Made by a program: the position numbers and the translations under genes. Below the pieces are notes generated by a model. That model was not told the origin of the DNA. It ran no database searches and was given only the letters and a program-made list of their open reading frames with translations. Shown here one piece after another: positions 29,285 to 43,636 of a stretch of DNA of 64,000 bases (position 1 is its first letter; each line of letters opens with the position of its first letter). The stretch spans positions 1,240,001 through 1,304,000 of the forward strand of contig NC_043017.1 of the NCBI RefSeq assembly GCF_006345805.1. Direction: 5' to 3'. Origin of the DNA: Octopus sinensis. Lineage: Eukaryota.

Positions 29285-29445
29285 ATGGTGCATAAGATTT
29301 TATACTCGGAGAGAAATCCAATATTCAGATTTCTTACATGCTAGAAAGGGCAGTCAAGACCCATATCACATATACATACATACATACATACACATATAAT
29401 ATATATATATATATAAATATATATATAAAATATATATATATATAT

Positions 29446-29488
<43 letters not shown>

Positions 29489-29804
29489 GTATGTATGTAT
29501 ATATATTTATATATATATATATACATATGTGTGTGTGTGATAAAGCGACCATACACATATGCATGATGTAGAATTCTCTTTGTGTTTACGACATATTTGC
29601 GCCCGTCTGCCTGTGTACTTACATATAAATGTAAAAGTTTGTATTTATATGCAATTACTTATTACTATATATATATATATACACATATCTTCTTGAAAAA
29701 TCTGTGCATGTATTTACGCAAACGCTTTCATTCTCATGTTTATAGACGGTTGCATACGTAAGTATATGTATGCAAAGCAAGTATTCGCATATATTATATG
29801 TGTT

Positions 29805-29856
<52 letters not shown>

Positions 29857-29880
29857 TAATTATCTCAAGAGATAGATGGG

Positions 29881-29911
<31 letters not shown>

Positions 29912-30960
29912 TATGTAAGTGATGAGTGTGAGTGAAAGAATATAGTTTTATTTACTGAAAATGTGTATATATAGATGCAAAATGGATAGGCGATAATTTG
30001 CATTTCTCTATATTAAGCATGTTTTCAAACACTTACGTATTAATACTGCTTTCAAGAACCATTAAAGATGTATTTAATACGATTATATTAAGAATATTTA
30101 CGATAGATATGCTTTACAACTGATTAAAAAAGAATCATATTTTGGTTTGTTATAATTCGAAATTATTTGAATTAAACATATTTCTCGATAATAGTTATAT
30201 TTTGTTTATATTATTTTGCAGGGTTTTAGTTAACTGCTGCTGCTTATGTATGCTTTTACTGTAAGTGTGCAAAAGTAATTTATGCCAGTATAATTATATT
30301 TATTTAGAATTATGTTCAAAGGGAAAGTTGTGAGAATGTTGTGAGGTATGGTATCAGCTATTACGATCTAAGAGAAAGTATGAAACAAATTTCGAATTGT
30401 TGTAGAACAAAAGTGATGAATGACGGGGTGTTACGTTGATGGAAGTTAGATACAAATGCTATTAAGATTAACCAAATTATTAGATGATATCTATTTGGAA
30501 ACTTGTTTTAATATTAGAAGGAAATATGTTACTTTGCTGTGGCTGAATGAAAACAAACTAACTACAGATATGTTTCGAAAAGAAATAGATTCAATATTAC
30601 TAAATTGTTATCACATATTGTTGCGTAAGAAAACTAATTTACTCCTGAACGATTAACTGAAAGGTATGTCTGGAATGTGTTTTGTGATAATAATAGGCGG
30701 CTATTAATATACTACAATGTTACCAGACGCATGACCAGTAAGTTTGGAGATATAAGCTTCCCACTAATGGTTAATATCAGTAAACATGGCATACATATAG
30801 TATTTATAAAGTAATTTCATTCATATAACTATGTAACATGTACACCCTGATTGTTATTTCTCACATTATGTGTATCTGTCCTAACCATGTGGCTAATTCC
30901 AAAAAAACATGGCATCTACAACATTTAAAGATTCACTTCCTTGATATATTCGTTTACATG

Positions 30961-31180
30961 ATTCAGTCATTTGGCTGCGGCCAAATTGAAGTCCCTCCTT
31001 CAAGTGTTTTAATCGAAGAAATTCACTTCAGGACTTATTCTTTGCAAGTAAGCCTGGTATTTATTCTATCGGTCTCTTTTTCCGAACCGCTACACTACGG
31101 AAACGTAAAGACACCCAATATCCCTTGTCAGGTGATGGTGGTGGTGGTGGTGGGGGGGGAACAAACACAAACTCATAGAC
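30961..31180 (-). mobile_element. SINE family B, 3' half
   Basis: CAGGACTTATTCTTTGCAAGTAAGCCTGGTATTTATTCTATCGGTCTCTTTTCCGAACCGCTA block. Confidence 0.75.
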
Positions 31181-32039
31181 ACACACATGAGCCTGTCTCT
31201 CTACGAATAGAAGCGTTACAAGTGAAACCAACCAACCAACCAACATTCTTCTCGGTTGTTATTTCATACAGACACGTGCTTATGAAAGGAAACACTTAGG
31301 CCTTTAATAATAATGTAGTTAGCTTCAAAATATGCTCATTTGCTCGTGATATAATTAAGCAGATTTAAACCTGTTTTGTTTGAAGTGATTATAATCGGAT
31401 TGAAATGGATTATAATAATACGGAGGGATTATATTTGGTTTTCATATCCATGAAGTTTGCGGTTTCAATATTCTGCTATGAGTTCATTTTAGCGAAAATT
31501 ATAATTCTTCTGATATGATTTTTGTCAATGATGCATGTAGAAATAGGAGACCGGCCAGGCAGAAAGGAGTGGATATTACAGGGATTAATCTATGTACACG
31601 TGTATTATAGCATATATGGGTGTTCAACATTTAAATAACATCTCTGAGATTGCATTAATAGAATATTTGGTATTATACTATATTTAATGTAAGGTGTCAT
31701 CACCAATATAATATACGCGTCCATATATATATCTACACAAGCACACACTGGCACACGTATATAAGTGTGAATATCTGTATGTGTAACATGTGAACATAAT
31801 CTATGTTTTTTTTCTCAGTCTTAGTATATTTTCTCCATTTTCTCTCTTCCCAGTCTCTTTTGAAATTTCGTCTAGTATCCGAGGATGGACTATTTCCGAA
31901 ACGTTTCACATTTACTCTATAACTTTTACCTCTTTGAGTACGAGCCTAGTTTTTTAACTGTGAATGTCCCTCGTATTTTTCTAGATGTTTATTAATTGCA
32001 TTTGATTATATATATATATATATAATATATATATATATG

Positions 32040-32094
<55 letters not shown>

Positions 32095-32217
32095 GTATAG
32101 TATATATATATATATAATATATATATATGTATATATAAATATATACACACTATATATATATGCACATATACATATATACATATACTTATATACATATATA
32201 ATATATATATATACCAA

Positions 32218-32390
32218 ATGATAGATCGCTAGCCACTACACATTCTTTATTTTCTTTCTGTGTTCCTTTCTATGGAACAGCGTGGGTTCGCAACGTTAAA
32301 TACTTTTTTTTACTTCCCGAGCGTTATACAAATACATCTGTTTGTTGTCTACACCACCTGTCTTCGTCTTTTGTTTTTTGTGAATTCTCC
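32218..32390 (+). mobile_element. Repeat family D (putative Penelope pseudo-LTR remnant with degenerate hammerhead-like motif)
   Basis: ATGATAGATCGCTAGCCACTACACATTCTTT...CCCGAGCGTTA...TGTGAATTCTCC shared with 46723-46878; Penelope assignment is inference. Confidence 0.6.
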
Positions 32391-32417
32391 ACACACACAC
32401 ACACACACACCACATAT

Positions 32418-32491
<74 letters not shown>

Positions 32492-33703
32492 TCATCGTAA
32501 ATCTAGTAATTTATTTTATATCTATCTGAAAAATAACATAAGAAAAGAAGTTTAAAGAAAGAAACACTTGAAGAAAGGTTCCTCAAGAAATTGACGCTCC
32601 GTGTATATAACATAAGTATAATTATATATATATAATATATATATATATTTGTGTATGGTGTACTTGTGTATGTGTGGTGTAATTTTATATTTAGCAGAAA
32701 AATAGAGTGACTCAAGGTTCGAGAGTCTCGTTCGTTAGCGGTCAGGAGATGAGTTAAATATCAAGTTGTTTTATATTTATCTATATACATATACAGTACA
32801 TCTATATATACATCTATATACATACATATATACAACATTCACATATACAATACGCGGTTTCAACAGTTTCCATTCAATAACTCTAGAAGTTACATTTTTC
32901 AAACTCTCATGAGGCTGCGTAGCGAGCTTCTTAAACTCTTCTTATTTATTCGGAAAGGTGATCTGGTTAATTCGATCTCAGCAAGGATTTGAACACAGAT
33001 CGCAAAGAATCGGAAGTGAACTCGCATGTATTCAACGATCTGACACTTCTCCGAAACTACCGTTACCTTCTTTTACTTTAAACCGTTGAAGCTTTTGTAT
33101 GTTAATATTTCAGCATTTTGGAAATGAGGTTAATCGATGATCGATAATTAGGCGTCTGTAGTTTGGAAGTTAAACAATTTTTGAAATGGCCTAAGTAAAT
33201 ATCTCAATTAAGCATCCAAAAACTAAATACCGAAAATGTTAATATGGCGATTCTTTTCAGTCCATTTTTTTCATATATTTGCAATACAAAATTTCTATGT
33301 CAATTCAAACGCAATTTCTGTAATGGAATATATTTCGTTTCCAAATTCTAAGGAGTGCCATTTCGACTTTTAATTGAAGAATAGACACAACGAAGTAGTT
33401 TTAGATTAGCACGTATATTGTCGGAATAATTCTATTTGCCAATAATTTGAAATAACCAATTCTTACGTTCGTATCGAGGTACACATGTGTAAATGAGGGA
33501 TTCTAATTGATTTATCGATTAACTTCCTTTATGTAATAGCTACTGCTGCTAAATTTAACTACTCCCAGTTGTACGGATGAAATTACAACCTTCTTTTACA
33601 GAAAGAAGACAAAATATATTTCCCCTTTTACAAACAGGACCACACAATATCTTGAACGCCTATAGACTGTGTGTTAGTGCATATGCATGTGTATATATAT
33701 ATA

Positions 33704-34096
33704 CTCTTTTACTCTCTTACACGTTTCACTCATTTGACAGTGGCCATGCTGGAGCACCGCCTCTTAGTCGAGCAAATCGACCCCAGGACTTATTCTTTGT
33801 AAAACCTAGTACTTAGTCTATCGGTCTCTTTTACCGAACCGCTACGTTACGGGGAGGTAAACACACCAGCATCGGTTGTCAAGTGATGTTGAGGGGACAA
33901 ACACTAACACACACACATACATATACATATATACGACGGGCTTCTTTCAGTTTCCGTCTACCAAATGCACTCACAAGGCTTTGGTCGCCCCATGGCTATA
34001 GTAGATAGTAGATGACACTTCCCCAAGGTGACACGCAGTGGGACTGAACCAGGAACCATGTGGGTTGGTAAGCAAGCCACTTACCACATACCCACT

Positions 34097-34098
<2 letters not shown>
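33704..34098 (-). mobile_element. Full-length tRNA-type SINE (family B)
   Basis: Minus strand begins GGAGTGGGTATGTGGTAAG (A-box-like) and GGTTCAGTCCC (B-box-like), has a short internal TA/TG tract, and ends in AGAGTAAAAGAG. Confidence 0.88.
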
Positions 34099-34136
<38 letters not shown>

Positions 34137-34422
34137 CATATATATACACAATTGCATTTGCTTTCATTTGAAGTGTTGGGATACAAACAAGGTAATAGTT
34201 TTTCGATCGTTACATTGCCGGGGGAACAGCAGAAATAATGGGTAGATAACCCTTAAAACGCGGAAAAAGCTTTTAACAGACAGCCATGGGAATCAAACAC
34301 GCACCACCAAGACAGCAGTTGAGTGCTTTACATCCTGCTGACAACTCATCAGCCGATTTTAGACGCTAAATAGCTGAGTGAACAATTACCCGTGTATATA
34401 AAAACAATCTTACATTAATTTC

Positions 34423-35671
34423 TATTAGGTCGTCAAGTATGAAATTTGTAGTAAGGTATATGGTAAAATTTGACAACTGCTCATTTTGCGCCATTATTAT
34501 ATTTTGACAATCTTTATTTTTTGTTAGAAAGCTGACACATCTAAGTCTTTATTCGAACTCCTTTTGCGCTCTATAAAGGATTCATAAATGGTTTTTCCCT
34601 AGAGATGTTTAGAGAAGGTTAAGCTGGAAATTCGTACAGTTTTGAAATATGGGTTCTTTCTTAGAAATACAGCACCACAGACAGCTCGGAATATTAACAT
34701 CAGAGAGTATCAAAATGGTTTGCAAAATTTCGTTCTTGTAAATTTGACCTCACAAATGAGTAAGGTGGTCGACCAGAAACAAAGGTGGATAATGACGAAC
34801 TGTAACCCACCGTCGAGTGAGATCCATCTCAAAGTGCCCGTGAATTGTCGTTGTTGTTTGTTGTTAGCAAGCAACAATACTGACTTACTTAGTTCAAATC
34901 AGTGAAAACGTTGGATAGGTGGGTTCCATATGAACTCAATAAAAATCAGAAACAGCAACGTTTGGAAGCCTGCATTGTGCTACCTTTTCGTCACAAAAAT
35001 GAATCATTTTCTAATCGAATTGTAACATCTGATGAGAAATGGATCTAATACAACAACCGTAGACGTTCAGCACAATGGTTGGAGAAAGACGATCCACCAA
35101 TCTACAGTTCAAAAAGCAAAATTCATCAAAAGAAGCTGATGGTGCGTGTTTGGTGGTCTGGTGTATGTGGGATCAATTATGATTTAATTAAACCTGGCTC
35201 AGCAATCACGGCCGAAGTACACTGCAGCTCACTAGACCAAATGATGCAGAAACCTACAAAAATCAGCCTAGTTTAGTCAACAGATCAACTCCTATGTTAT
35301 TGCATGAGAACGGCATACAACACAGCGCAAAAATGACATTGGCGATACTACAGGTGTTGGAGTTGGAAGTTCTCCATCATCTACCATACTCACCTGATCT
35401 TGCCCTCGCTGACTACCACTTCTTCCAGAATTTAGATAACTCTTTGATAGGAAAAAAATTAATTCCGACGATGTTGTAATAGGCTTTCCAAGATTTTAGT
35501 GACTCTAGATTGCCAGGCTTTTATAGATCCGGGCAAGATAAGCTACCACTGGAATGGCAAAAGAGTATTGACAATATGGGTGCATACTTTAATGAATAAA
35601 ACTATTCCTTGTATTTATTCCCAACCTTTTTGTTTTTATTTTCTACAAATTTCATAATTTATTACCTAATA
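34423..35671 (+). mobile_element. Near full-length decayed mariner (Hsmar1/cecropia-like transposase motifs)
   Basis: ~29-bp TIRs TATTAGGT....TATGAAATTTGTAG with TA ends. Fragments WVPYEL, IVTSDEKWI, KKLMVRVWWS, LLHENG and YSPDLALADYHFF lie in broken frames. Confidence 0.92.
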
Positions 35672-35844
35672 TTAGAAGTGTTCGAATTACCTGTGCCGTG
35701 GGGATGTAGGGTCGACTCCCATGGCTGTTTGTTGTCAGCTTTTTCTGCCTTTCTAAAGGTAATTTGCCCATTATTTCTGCTGTTCTCACAGCAATGTTAC
35801 ATTCGGAAAAATATTACCTTGTTTGTATCGTACAGCACAAACAT

Positions 35845-36160
35845 ACATACATGCACAAATACATACATACATACATACATTCATTCATTCATTCATTCAT
35901 ACATACATACATACATACATACATACATACATACATGCATGCATGCATGCATACATACATACATACATACATACATACATACATACATACATACATGCAT
36001 GCATGCATACATACATACATACATACATACATACATGCATGCATGCATACATACATACATGCATGCATACATACTGACATACATACATACATACCTGCAT
36101 ACATACTGACATACATACATACATGCATACATATTGACATACGTACATACATACGTACGT
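35845..36160 (+). repeat. (TACA)n/(TGCA)n/(TTCA)n array
   Basis: Direct read. Confidence 0.95.
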
Positions 36161-36180
36161 AGATAGATACTTACATATAA

Positions 36181-36690
36181 TACCAGGGTGTGGCTCTCAT
36201 AGCTTCTGATCTTAACTGATTGGAAGTCTTATCATGTACATTGTTTTGTCTTGGTATAAAAGATGGGCTACAGCAAATATTCTGCTGAATACAACAGATT
36301 TGCTTTGTCAGTTGTTTGACCTTAACCAGTTGAGCATGTCCCTTAGTGGCTGACGATATGTGCATCTCTGATCACGAGTAGAAGTAGTGGGGGAGCATCA
36401 TAGCCATGTGTTGAGAGGAATTTTGGGGGGCTTGGATAATTCATCTTTGGAAACATGAGTGTGTCGTTCAACATCTTTAAACAATCCTCATTCAGGGACC
36501 TTTTGAGCTGGATGGTCTGCTCGAGCAGAAGAAAATTCTAACTGAGCTCCCACCTGCAAGGCCATGCGTTGGCTATCTTGATATGAGATCAACATGTCAT
36601 GCACATTCGACTGTAATGCATATGCCTGGTGTTCTCTTAACAGACGGGGAGTGACGATGGGTATACTGGGCTCTTTCACACAATAATAAT
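36181..36690 (+). mobile_element. Family C repeat, second copy
   Basis: Colinear with 20077-20640. Confidence 0.75.
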
Positions 36691-38439
36691 ATATATGCAT
36701 CCATATATACAGGTTAGTGAATATGTGCTTGTCTCTATGTCTGTACGTTTGTATTTTCTGATATATGACTTTCTAGAGTAAATGAAATTCCAGGTGCCCT
36801 CTGACCTTTTCGGTTAACGGTTCTTTATAGCCTTGCTTCGTTGTAGAATATATTGCAAGGCTTCAGTTGGCAATTAAATAATACGCTGAAAAGAAAATTT
36901 CTTTAAAAATATCATGAGCACACACGCACGCACACACGCACACGAACACACACAGACACACACACACACACACACACGCACACACACATGCACACACACA
37001 CACACACACTTTCACTCACTCACTCTCTCTCGCTTAGAAATACACGAGCACTCACAGCACACACATACTTATACACACACACATGCAACTTCATTAAAAT
37101 TCTTTTGCTTTCAAACGTATTCCAAGGCATTTATTTCTGAAAATTTGGAACGTGACAAAGGCTTCTGAAATAAGTGTCGTTAACAATTTATGTTGTTTTT
37201 TTTCTTATCATCCTTACTATTCACTTCAAGCCACTGAATCACCTTCAGCAGGATATTACACCTACATGGACCAAAACTTATAGGAATTCCTTAATTAACC
37301 AATAATTATTTCAATATAGAACTAAACAGATTCGGTCGTGAATATCGCGTCGCTGTTCTCTCCTTTTAGATGTAATAGGTTCATAATACATGTCAGTCAC
37401 TGCTGCAAGGGATCTTTGAAATACCTGGATCTTTCGAGCTTATTGTGTGTCTTCTCACTCAAAGCTACACTACTTTAATAAAACTAATTCGAATACAAGC
37501 TCTTGTTTATCGAAATCAGCCAATAAACGATTTGTGGATGTTTACCAAACAGATAGTTTGTGGGGAGTACGGAGAACAGCGAGAATCCAAACAATCAAGT
37601 ATATGTTCATAACACGTTCCGATACATTTCAACGTGAATATCTATGAGTGTTGCTTCTCGTCATCGGAGGACACGTCTTCCATGCTTTAGACGGAATGTG
37701 GCAACGGTGGTGCAACACTATGATGCTACGACCTTATTCTGCGTTTCCACTAATTGGACTCAACAATGTATCAGATATTTAGGCAGCTTTCACCTACATG
37801 GCCACGAGGTGTGTTAGACATGTGAAATGTAATGTACAGTACCTTCCTCCTACATTACGGAATGCAGAAGAAAAGAGATTCAATGGTTACAATGTAAGTC
37901 CATTTGTTCTGAATCTCTACTGAATTTGCTTTCATAAGGTATCATCCGGGAGTAAACCATATCAAAAAGATCATATCAAACACTCATATTTTTTTGAATT
38001 GACTGACCTCGGTGGAACTTGTTTCGGCAGTGGGTCATGTACCTCGCTCTAAACCATGCAGCCTTGTCTATTCAACGACCCTCACGTCCCACTCATCTCT
38101 TCCTCGCCATATCACACTTCTTGTGTCTAGCTTACCCTGGAACCAAACAACCTCAGGTGTTGCCGTATTAAAGTTCAATGGAAATATTAGGGATAGTAGT
38201 AACCTCATTGGTCTACGAGAGAATGCAAAATACAAGAGGCAATCCCTTCCTCCAGCCAAGCAAGTAAAATTTATAACATAGCATACTCCAATGTGGCTTT
38301 TCCAGGATAAACTACAAACAATGTGTTATGAGGGAAATTGTTTGTTGTCTCGAAGATGATGATTGTTTGAAGAGAATCATCATTACTGATTTCAAAGTTT
38401 GGCTTATGGCAAGCAATTTCGGAGTAAGTCGATTTAATC

Positions 38440-38590
38440 GACTTAAATGCTCAATTGATGCTTATTTTGACGACCCAGAAAGGATGAAGGGTAATGTTAA
38501 AATAGGTTAAATTTGAAGTCAGAATGTAAAGACAGACAAAATGCCACTAAGCATTTTGTCCGGCATGCTAACGATTCTGCCCTCTCACCG
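38440..38590 (-). mobile_element. SINE family A copy
   Basis: Reverse complement GCGGTGAGAGGGCAGAATCGTTAGCATGCCGGACAAAATGCTTAG. Confidence 0.65.
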
Positions 38591-39523
38591 CTTTAGGATA
38601 GAATCACCATTAATAGCAAATAATATAAAGCGGCAAGTTGGCGAAATATGTGGCAAGTTGAACGAAGGCTCAGCGACATAACCTCCTTATATTTTGAGGC
38701 CAAATACTCTCGACGACGAATCTATCTTCCTTTCTTATTTACAGAATCGATACTATGTGCAGTAGTTGAGTAGAGGAATTAATTGAACTGATTCTTTATA
38801 GCACGGACATTTGCTGGTCTTGTACCGAAATTTGAAACCATTATGAGCGAAAGTTTCCGCAATACGACGTCGAGGCCCTCGTCATGATTATCTTGATTTG
38901 TAGCAGTAGAGTCGGTTGTTATATTGATAGTCGAAGCGGTGCCAGGCATGTTGGTTTGTAAATTAGAGTCAGTGGTATGTGGTCATAGAGGTTGCAGGTG
39001 GGGGAATTTGAAGTCAATGTTAGTTGACATTGTGGTTTTGCAACGGTGGTATTGTATGGTACGGCCGATAAAGTTATATTATACACGAAAATGAATGACG
39101 ATGTCTGTGATGTTGGTGGCGGAGGCATGCTGTAAAGACGAGGTATATAATTGGTACAGAACACATATGGTTATTAGTAGTAATTAATTTACGAGATATG
39201 CAAAGGAAAACCGACGCACAAACATTATATCTTGCAGGGATTGAAACTCAAAATCCTTTATGAGACAACACAAAGCTGAGGTTTTATAATACAATACAAC
39301 AATAGGATATGACACCTGCAAGGAAGAAGCTGATGTAATTAGCTTGGTGTACTTGACATTCAGCCAATTTCACCAAAGTACTACATTTCTGTTTGTGTGT
39401 GTTCGCGTGTAAACCCCCCCCACACACATAGATATATATAAAGATATACATATGTACAGAAATGTATGTATATAGGTATGTCTGTATATACATTTATATA
39501 TATAAGTGTAAATACACGCATAA

Positions 39524-39563
<40 letters not shown>

Positions 39564-39659
39564 GAGGGAGTGATATATACATAGATACATACATATTCGT
39601 ATATATATGTATGTGTGTATGTGTATACATGAATATATATACATACATGTATATAGGCA

Positions 39660-39739
<80 letters not shown>

Positions 39740-39771
39740 CATATTTATACATGTATATACTTATATGTGTT

Positions 39772-39816
<45 letters not shown>

Positions 39817-40720
39817 ATATACGTGCATGTATATAAATGCCTATAAACACGCACGTGTTTGTGTATTAATGGAAATAAAATACCGCTGTGTCTACGAATG
39901 TATAAAGTAAATAGAATCAGAGATAGGTGCAAGCTGTAATATTACATCTCACAGAAGCTTTTCAAAGAGACTTTTGCGCTAAAACGCAGAACTTCTACCC
40001 GAATACCAATAAATTACAAGACACATGGTTTCTACTTGAATTCTTCTCCTTAATAATGGAGGAGGTTGATTTATTCAGCAAAGATGAAAAATAATACATT
40101 AATGCATAAATCTATAAACCATACATATACTAAAATTCGTTCAAAAGTACTTTAGCATACGAAAGTAACTGGATTTAAAAAACATATTGGCCTATTAGAA
40201 TATAAGCCTATTAGAATATAAGCAGCCGGTTTGAATTAGCTTTAGCAAAATGAAGTGTCGTCCTTGCGCACGGAGATTTAACAGTTTATACTATTTTAAC
40301 GATATTGGTACTTTTACAATAACTCTGCTTGCCATTCAGTTACTTAACCTGTCGTTAACGCTTTCACTTGATTTAAAAAAAAAAATGGTAAAATAAAACA
40401 GGGAGGAAGAAAGCAAGGAAGAGAGAGAGGCGTCCAGGACGCAAGATAGAGGGAATATATTGTAACTCTTTCACGTGATTAGTTGAAGGGAAAGAGAGGA
40501 GAAAGAAAAAGGAGAGTGAAAAAGAGGAAAAGATGAAGAGTGAGACAGAAAAAGGGAGACAGAGAAAGATATAGAAAGAAGCGTTCATAACGTGAGGTAG
40601 GGGGAGTGAAATATTCATTACGGGGTGAAAAATGTTAGCTGAAGGTAGTGATGATAGAGAAGAGGAGATATAAAATAATATTAGCAGAGAGGTGATGTTC
40701 TGATTGTGAGGTTAAAGAAA

Positions 40721-40759
<39 letters not shown>

Positions 40760-41327
40760 GAGAGAGAAGAGAGAGAGAAGAGAGAGAAGGGAGAGAGAGA
40801 TGATGATTATGGTTGTAGTGGTAGTGGTCGTGTGGGAGCTGGTAGTGTTGCTGGAGTGATGGTGGTAGAGGTGGCGGTGGTAATAGGCCATATATATATG
40901 AAGTAATCATATTTGAAGTGTATGAAGTAATCATCGCGTTCCACACTCTTTCACTTTTCAATGAATAGCAGATGAGCGCCTAATTTATGAAAGACACATC
41001 ACACGATATCCTTTCGGGTTTTGGGATAAAGTTTTCCATAATGACGCAATCAGTTTACCATTAATTCCGTGAAATATTCACGGGTCCTGCAAGATATAAA
41101 AAATGAATGTTTAGAAATGTAACAATACGTACATTCACTGATATATAAGTATTCGATGCACACACAAAACCACGCGCACACACATACACACATACACACC
41201 TACGCACACGTATACACACTCACACATATACATTTATATTAATAAACTGTATATTATATGTATATTTTATATGCATAGTTTATATATGCATGTATGTACA
41301 TTTATATATATACACAAACATACATAC

Positions 41328-41412
<85 letters not shown>

Positions 41413-41606
41413 TTACATTATATAAAAGGGCTTAGTAAAATAAATTACTTTGCCACATACTGAACTCATTAGAAATAGTAGCTAAAAAAACTTTTTTAAA
41501 ACTATTTCTAATACTTAAAGAAAATCTCTCTCATATAGTGTTTGCTCAATTCAACTCACGAAAGTATGGGGGTAAAGACATTAAAAAATCAAATGCAAAG
41601 GTTATT

Positions 41607-41658
41607 TGAGAACGTACGTTTCAAGATTAGTCAACTCGACATTTCTATCATCAGCTCA
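41607..41658 (-). ncRNA. Minimal type-I hammerhead ribozyme motif, canonical core
   Basis: UGAG-CUGAUGA-[U AGA..GUC GAGUU GAC..UCU U]-GAAA-C GUAC G-UU^-CUCA: 4-bp stem I, palindromic stem III, U.U at the base of stem II. Confidence 0.7.
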
Positions 41659-41849
41659 GAACTCCTTGGTTTGGATTTGAAAACACTGAAAGTGGGAGCA
41701 TACCCTTTCGGCTTCTTATCGCTTCTGAAGATCTGCTCGAAACTAACAGTGCCAGCACACCCAAAATATGCAAGCGAAGAATTTCTGCTCTCCCCTTTCC
41801 ACCAGCGTGGGTTAAAATCAGTAAACATTATGCTTTTTCGGTAAAATCC

Positions 41850-41916
<67 letters not shown>

Positions 41917-42103
41917 TTTACCGAAAAAGCATAGTGTTTACTGATTTTAACCCACGCTGGTGGAAAGGGGAGAGCAGAAATTCTTCGCTTGCATATTTTG
42001 GGTGTGCTGGCACTGTTAGTTTCGAGCAGATCTTCAGAAGCGATAAGAAGCCGAAAGGGTATGCTCCCACTTTCAGTGTTTTCAAATCCAAACCAAGGAG
42101 TTC

Positions 42104-42155
42104 TGAGCTGTGGATAGAAATGTCGAGTTGACTAATCTTGAAACGTACGTTCTCA
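42104..42155 (+). ncRNA. Mirror hammerhead motif with variant core CUGUGGA
   Basis: Same fold as the left-arm copy, but CTGTGGA at 42108-42114. Confidence 0.5.
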
Positions 42156-42593
42156 AATAACCTTTGCATTTGATTTTTTAATGTCTTTACCCCCATACTT
42201 TCGTGAGTTGAATTGAGCAAACACTATATGAGAGAGATTTTCTTTAAGTATTAGAAATAGTTTTAAAAAAGTTTTTTTAGCTACTATTTCTAATGAGTTC
42301 AGTATGTGGCAAAGTAATTTATTTTACTAAGCCCTTTTATATAATGTAATAATTTGAATTCGCCTTAAATGGTCCCTTTACATACTGAACACTTGGTGAA
42401 ATTGATTAATAATTAATTAATTTTACCCTCAATTGTTGAAATTATATATATATATATATATACATACTCACAAACACACACACACATACACACACATATA
42501 TATCTATGTATACATATATATGTGTGTATGTATATATATATATATAAATACAGAGAGAGAGAAAGAGAAAGAGAGACAGGTAGACAGACAGGC

Positions 42594-42653
<60 letters not shown>

Positions 42654-43588
42654 GGACGGACGGACGGACGACGGACGGACGGACGGACGGACGGACGGAC
42701 GGATGGACGGATGGATGGATAGATAGATAGATAGATAGATAGATGATAGATAGATGGATAGATAGAAAGTTACTTACTCGCTATGTCATATCGATAAATA
42801 TGTACGCATCCAGAGAATCAGAAATGCACTACATTCCTATCTAAATAAATTTTTATCCTTCTGTAATAAGCTCTACCAGACTATGCAGTCATTAACTTCA
42901 GGAAACTATCAAATTCTAGGTGGAACTATTTGCAATTTAAACAACTCTCGTGCATTCAGAATTAATTATAGAAATTGCAAGGAAAAAAACCAAATATATT
43001 TACCCCACTAAATAAAATATACTTTGATCTAGAGAATCAGAACTATACCTGACTACTTTACTATCCAAATATATCTAGAGCTTAAAATATAAATTAGCTC
43101 ATAATAAAACACATCCTAAAATTACGTTAAATGTTCCAGAACGTTTGACCACCTTTTCCCGGAGGAAATATATCGTTCCATTAGAGAGGTTAGCAAATAT
43201 GAAGAAGGTTGATTAGTTTAGAATTAAATATAGAAATTGGCTTTGAGAAATTTGCAACAAAATATATGTCTGACTAAGCAGACATTTATATGCAAGATTA
43301 GTAACTTGGTGAAAGTTCCTGTGATGTATACTTCTGGTTTAGAAATAGAACACAAACAGCATGAACACTTACGGCTCAGTGGCAGATTTATTTAACTCAA
43401 ATTAAAGTGTATTTATATACGATTTTATGTGCAACGTGCCTCATTGACATGTTGTTGGTTATATGTATAGATATATGTGTGTGTGAGTGGGTGTGCATAC
43501 ATAATATTATAAACGTACACATGATTTTTTTATATTTATGTATTTATGCATATATATATGAATATATATATATGTATCTATCTCTCTC

Positions 43589-43636
<48 letters not shown>

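Larger units (their letters stand above)
41408..42354. repeat. 441-bp near-perfect inverted repeat around a 65-bp (GATA)n spacer; putative head-to-head Penelope-type pseudo-LTRs
   Basis: Arms 41408-41848 and 41914-42354; only 3 mismatches noticed; mirror ORFs in the ORF track confirm the symmetry. Confidence 0.93.

Noticed and set aside
31872-31912. Hammerhead-like CCGAGGA-TGGA..TTCC-GAAACGTT
   Set aside because: Core U4 is changed and stem I does not pair; at most a dead remnant
38012-38281. Possible host exon or RTE LINE fragment
   Set aside because: Only a faint KLDTRS-like resemblance; no motif strong enough to call
41719-41790. Second hammerhead on the plus strand of the left arm (CTGAAGA...GAAA)
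   Set aside because: Only 7 non-pairing nt between the core halves, and no NUH triplet next to the potential stem I partner AAGCGA
41542-42220. Mirror-image 100-aa and 65-aa ORFs
   Set aside because: By-products of the inverted repeat; no recognisable domain such as GIY-YIG or RT
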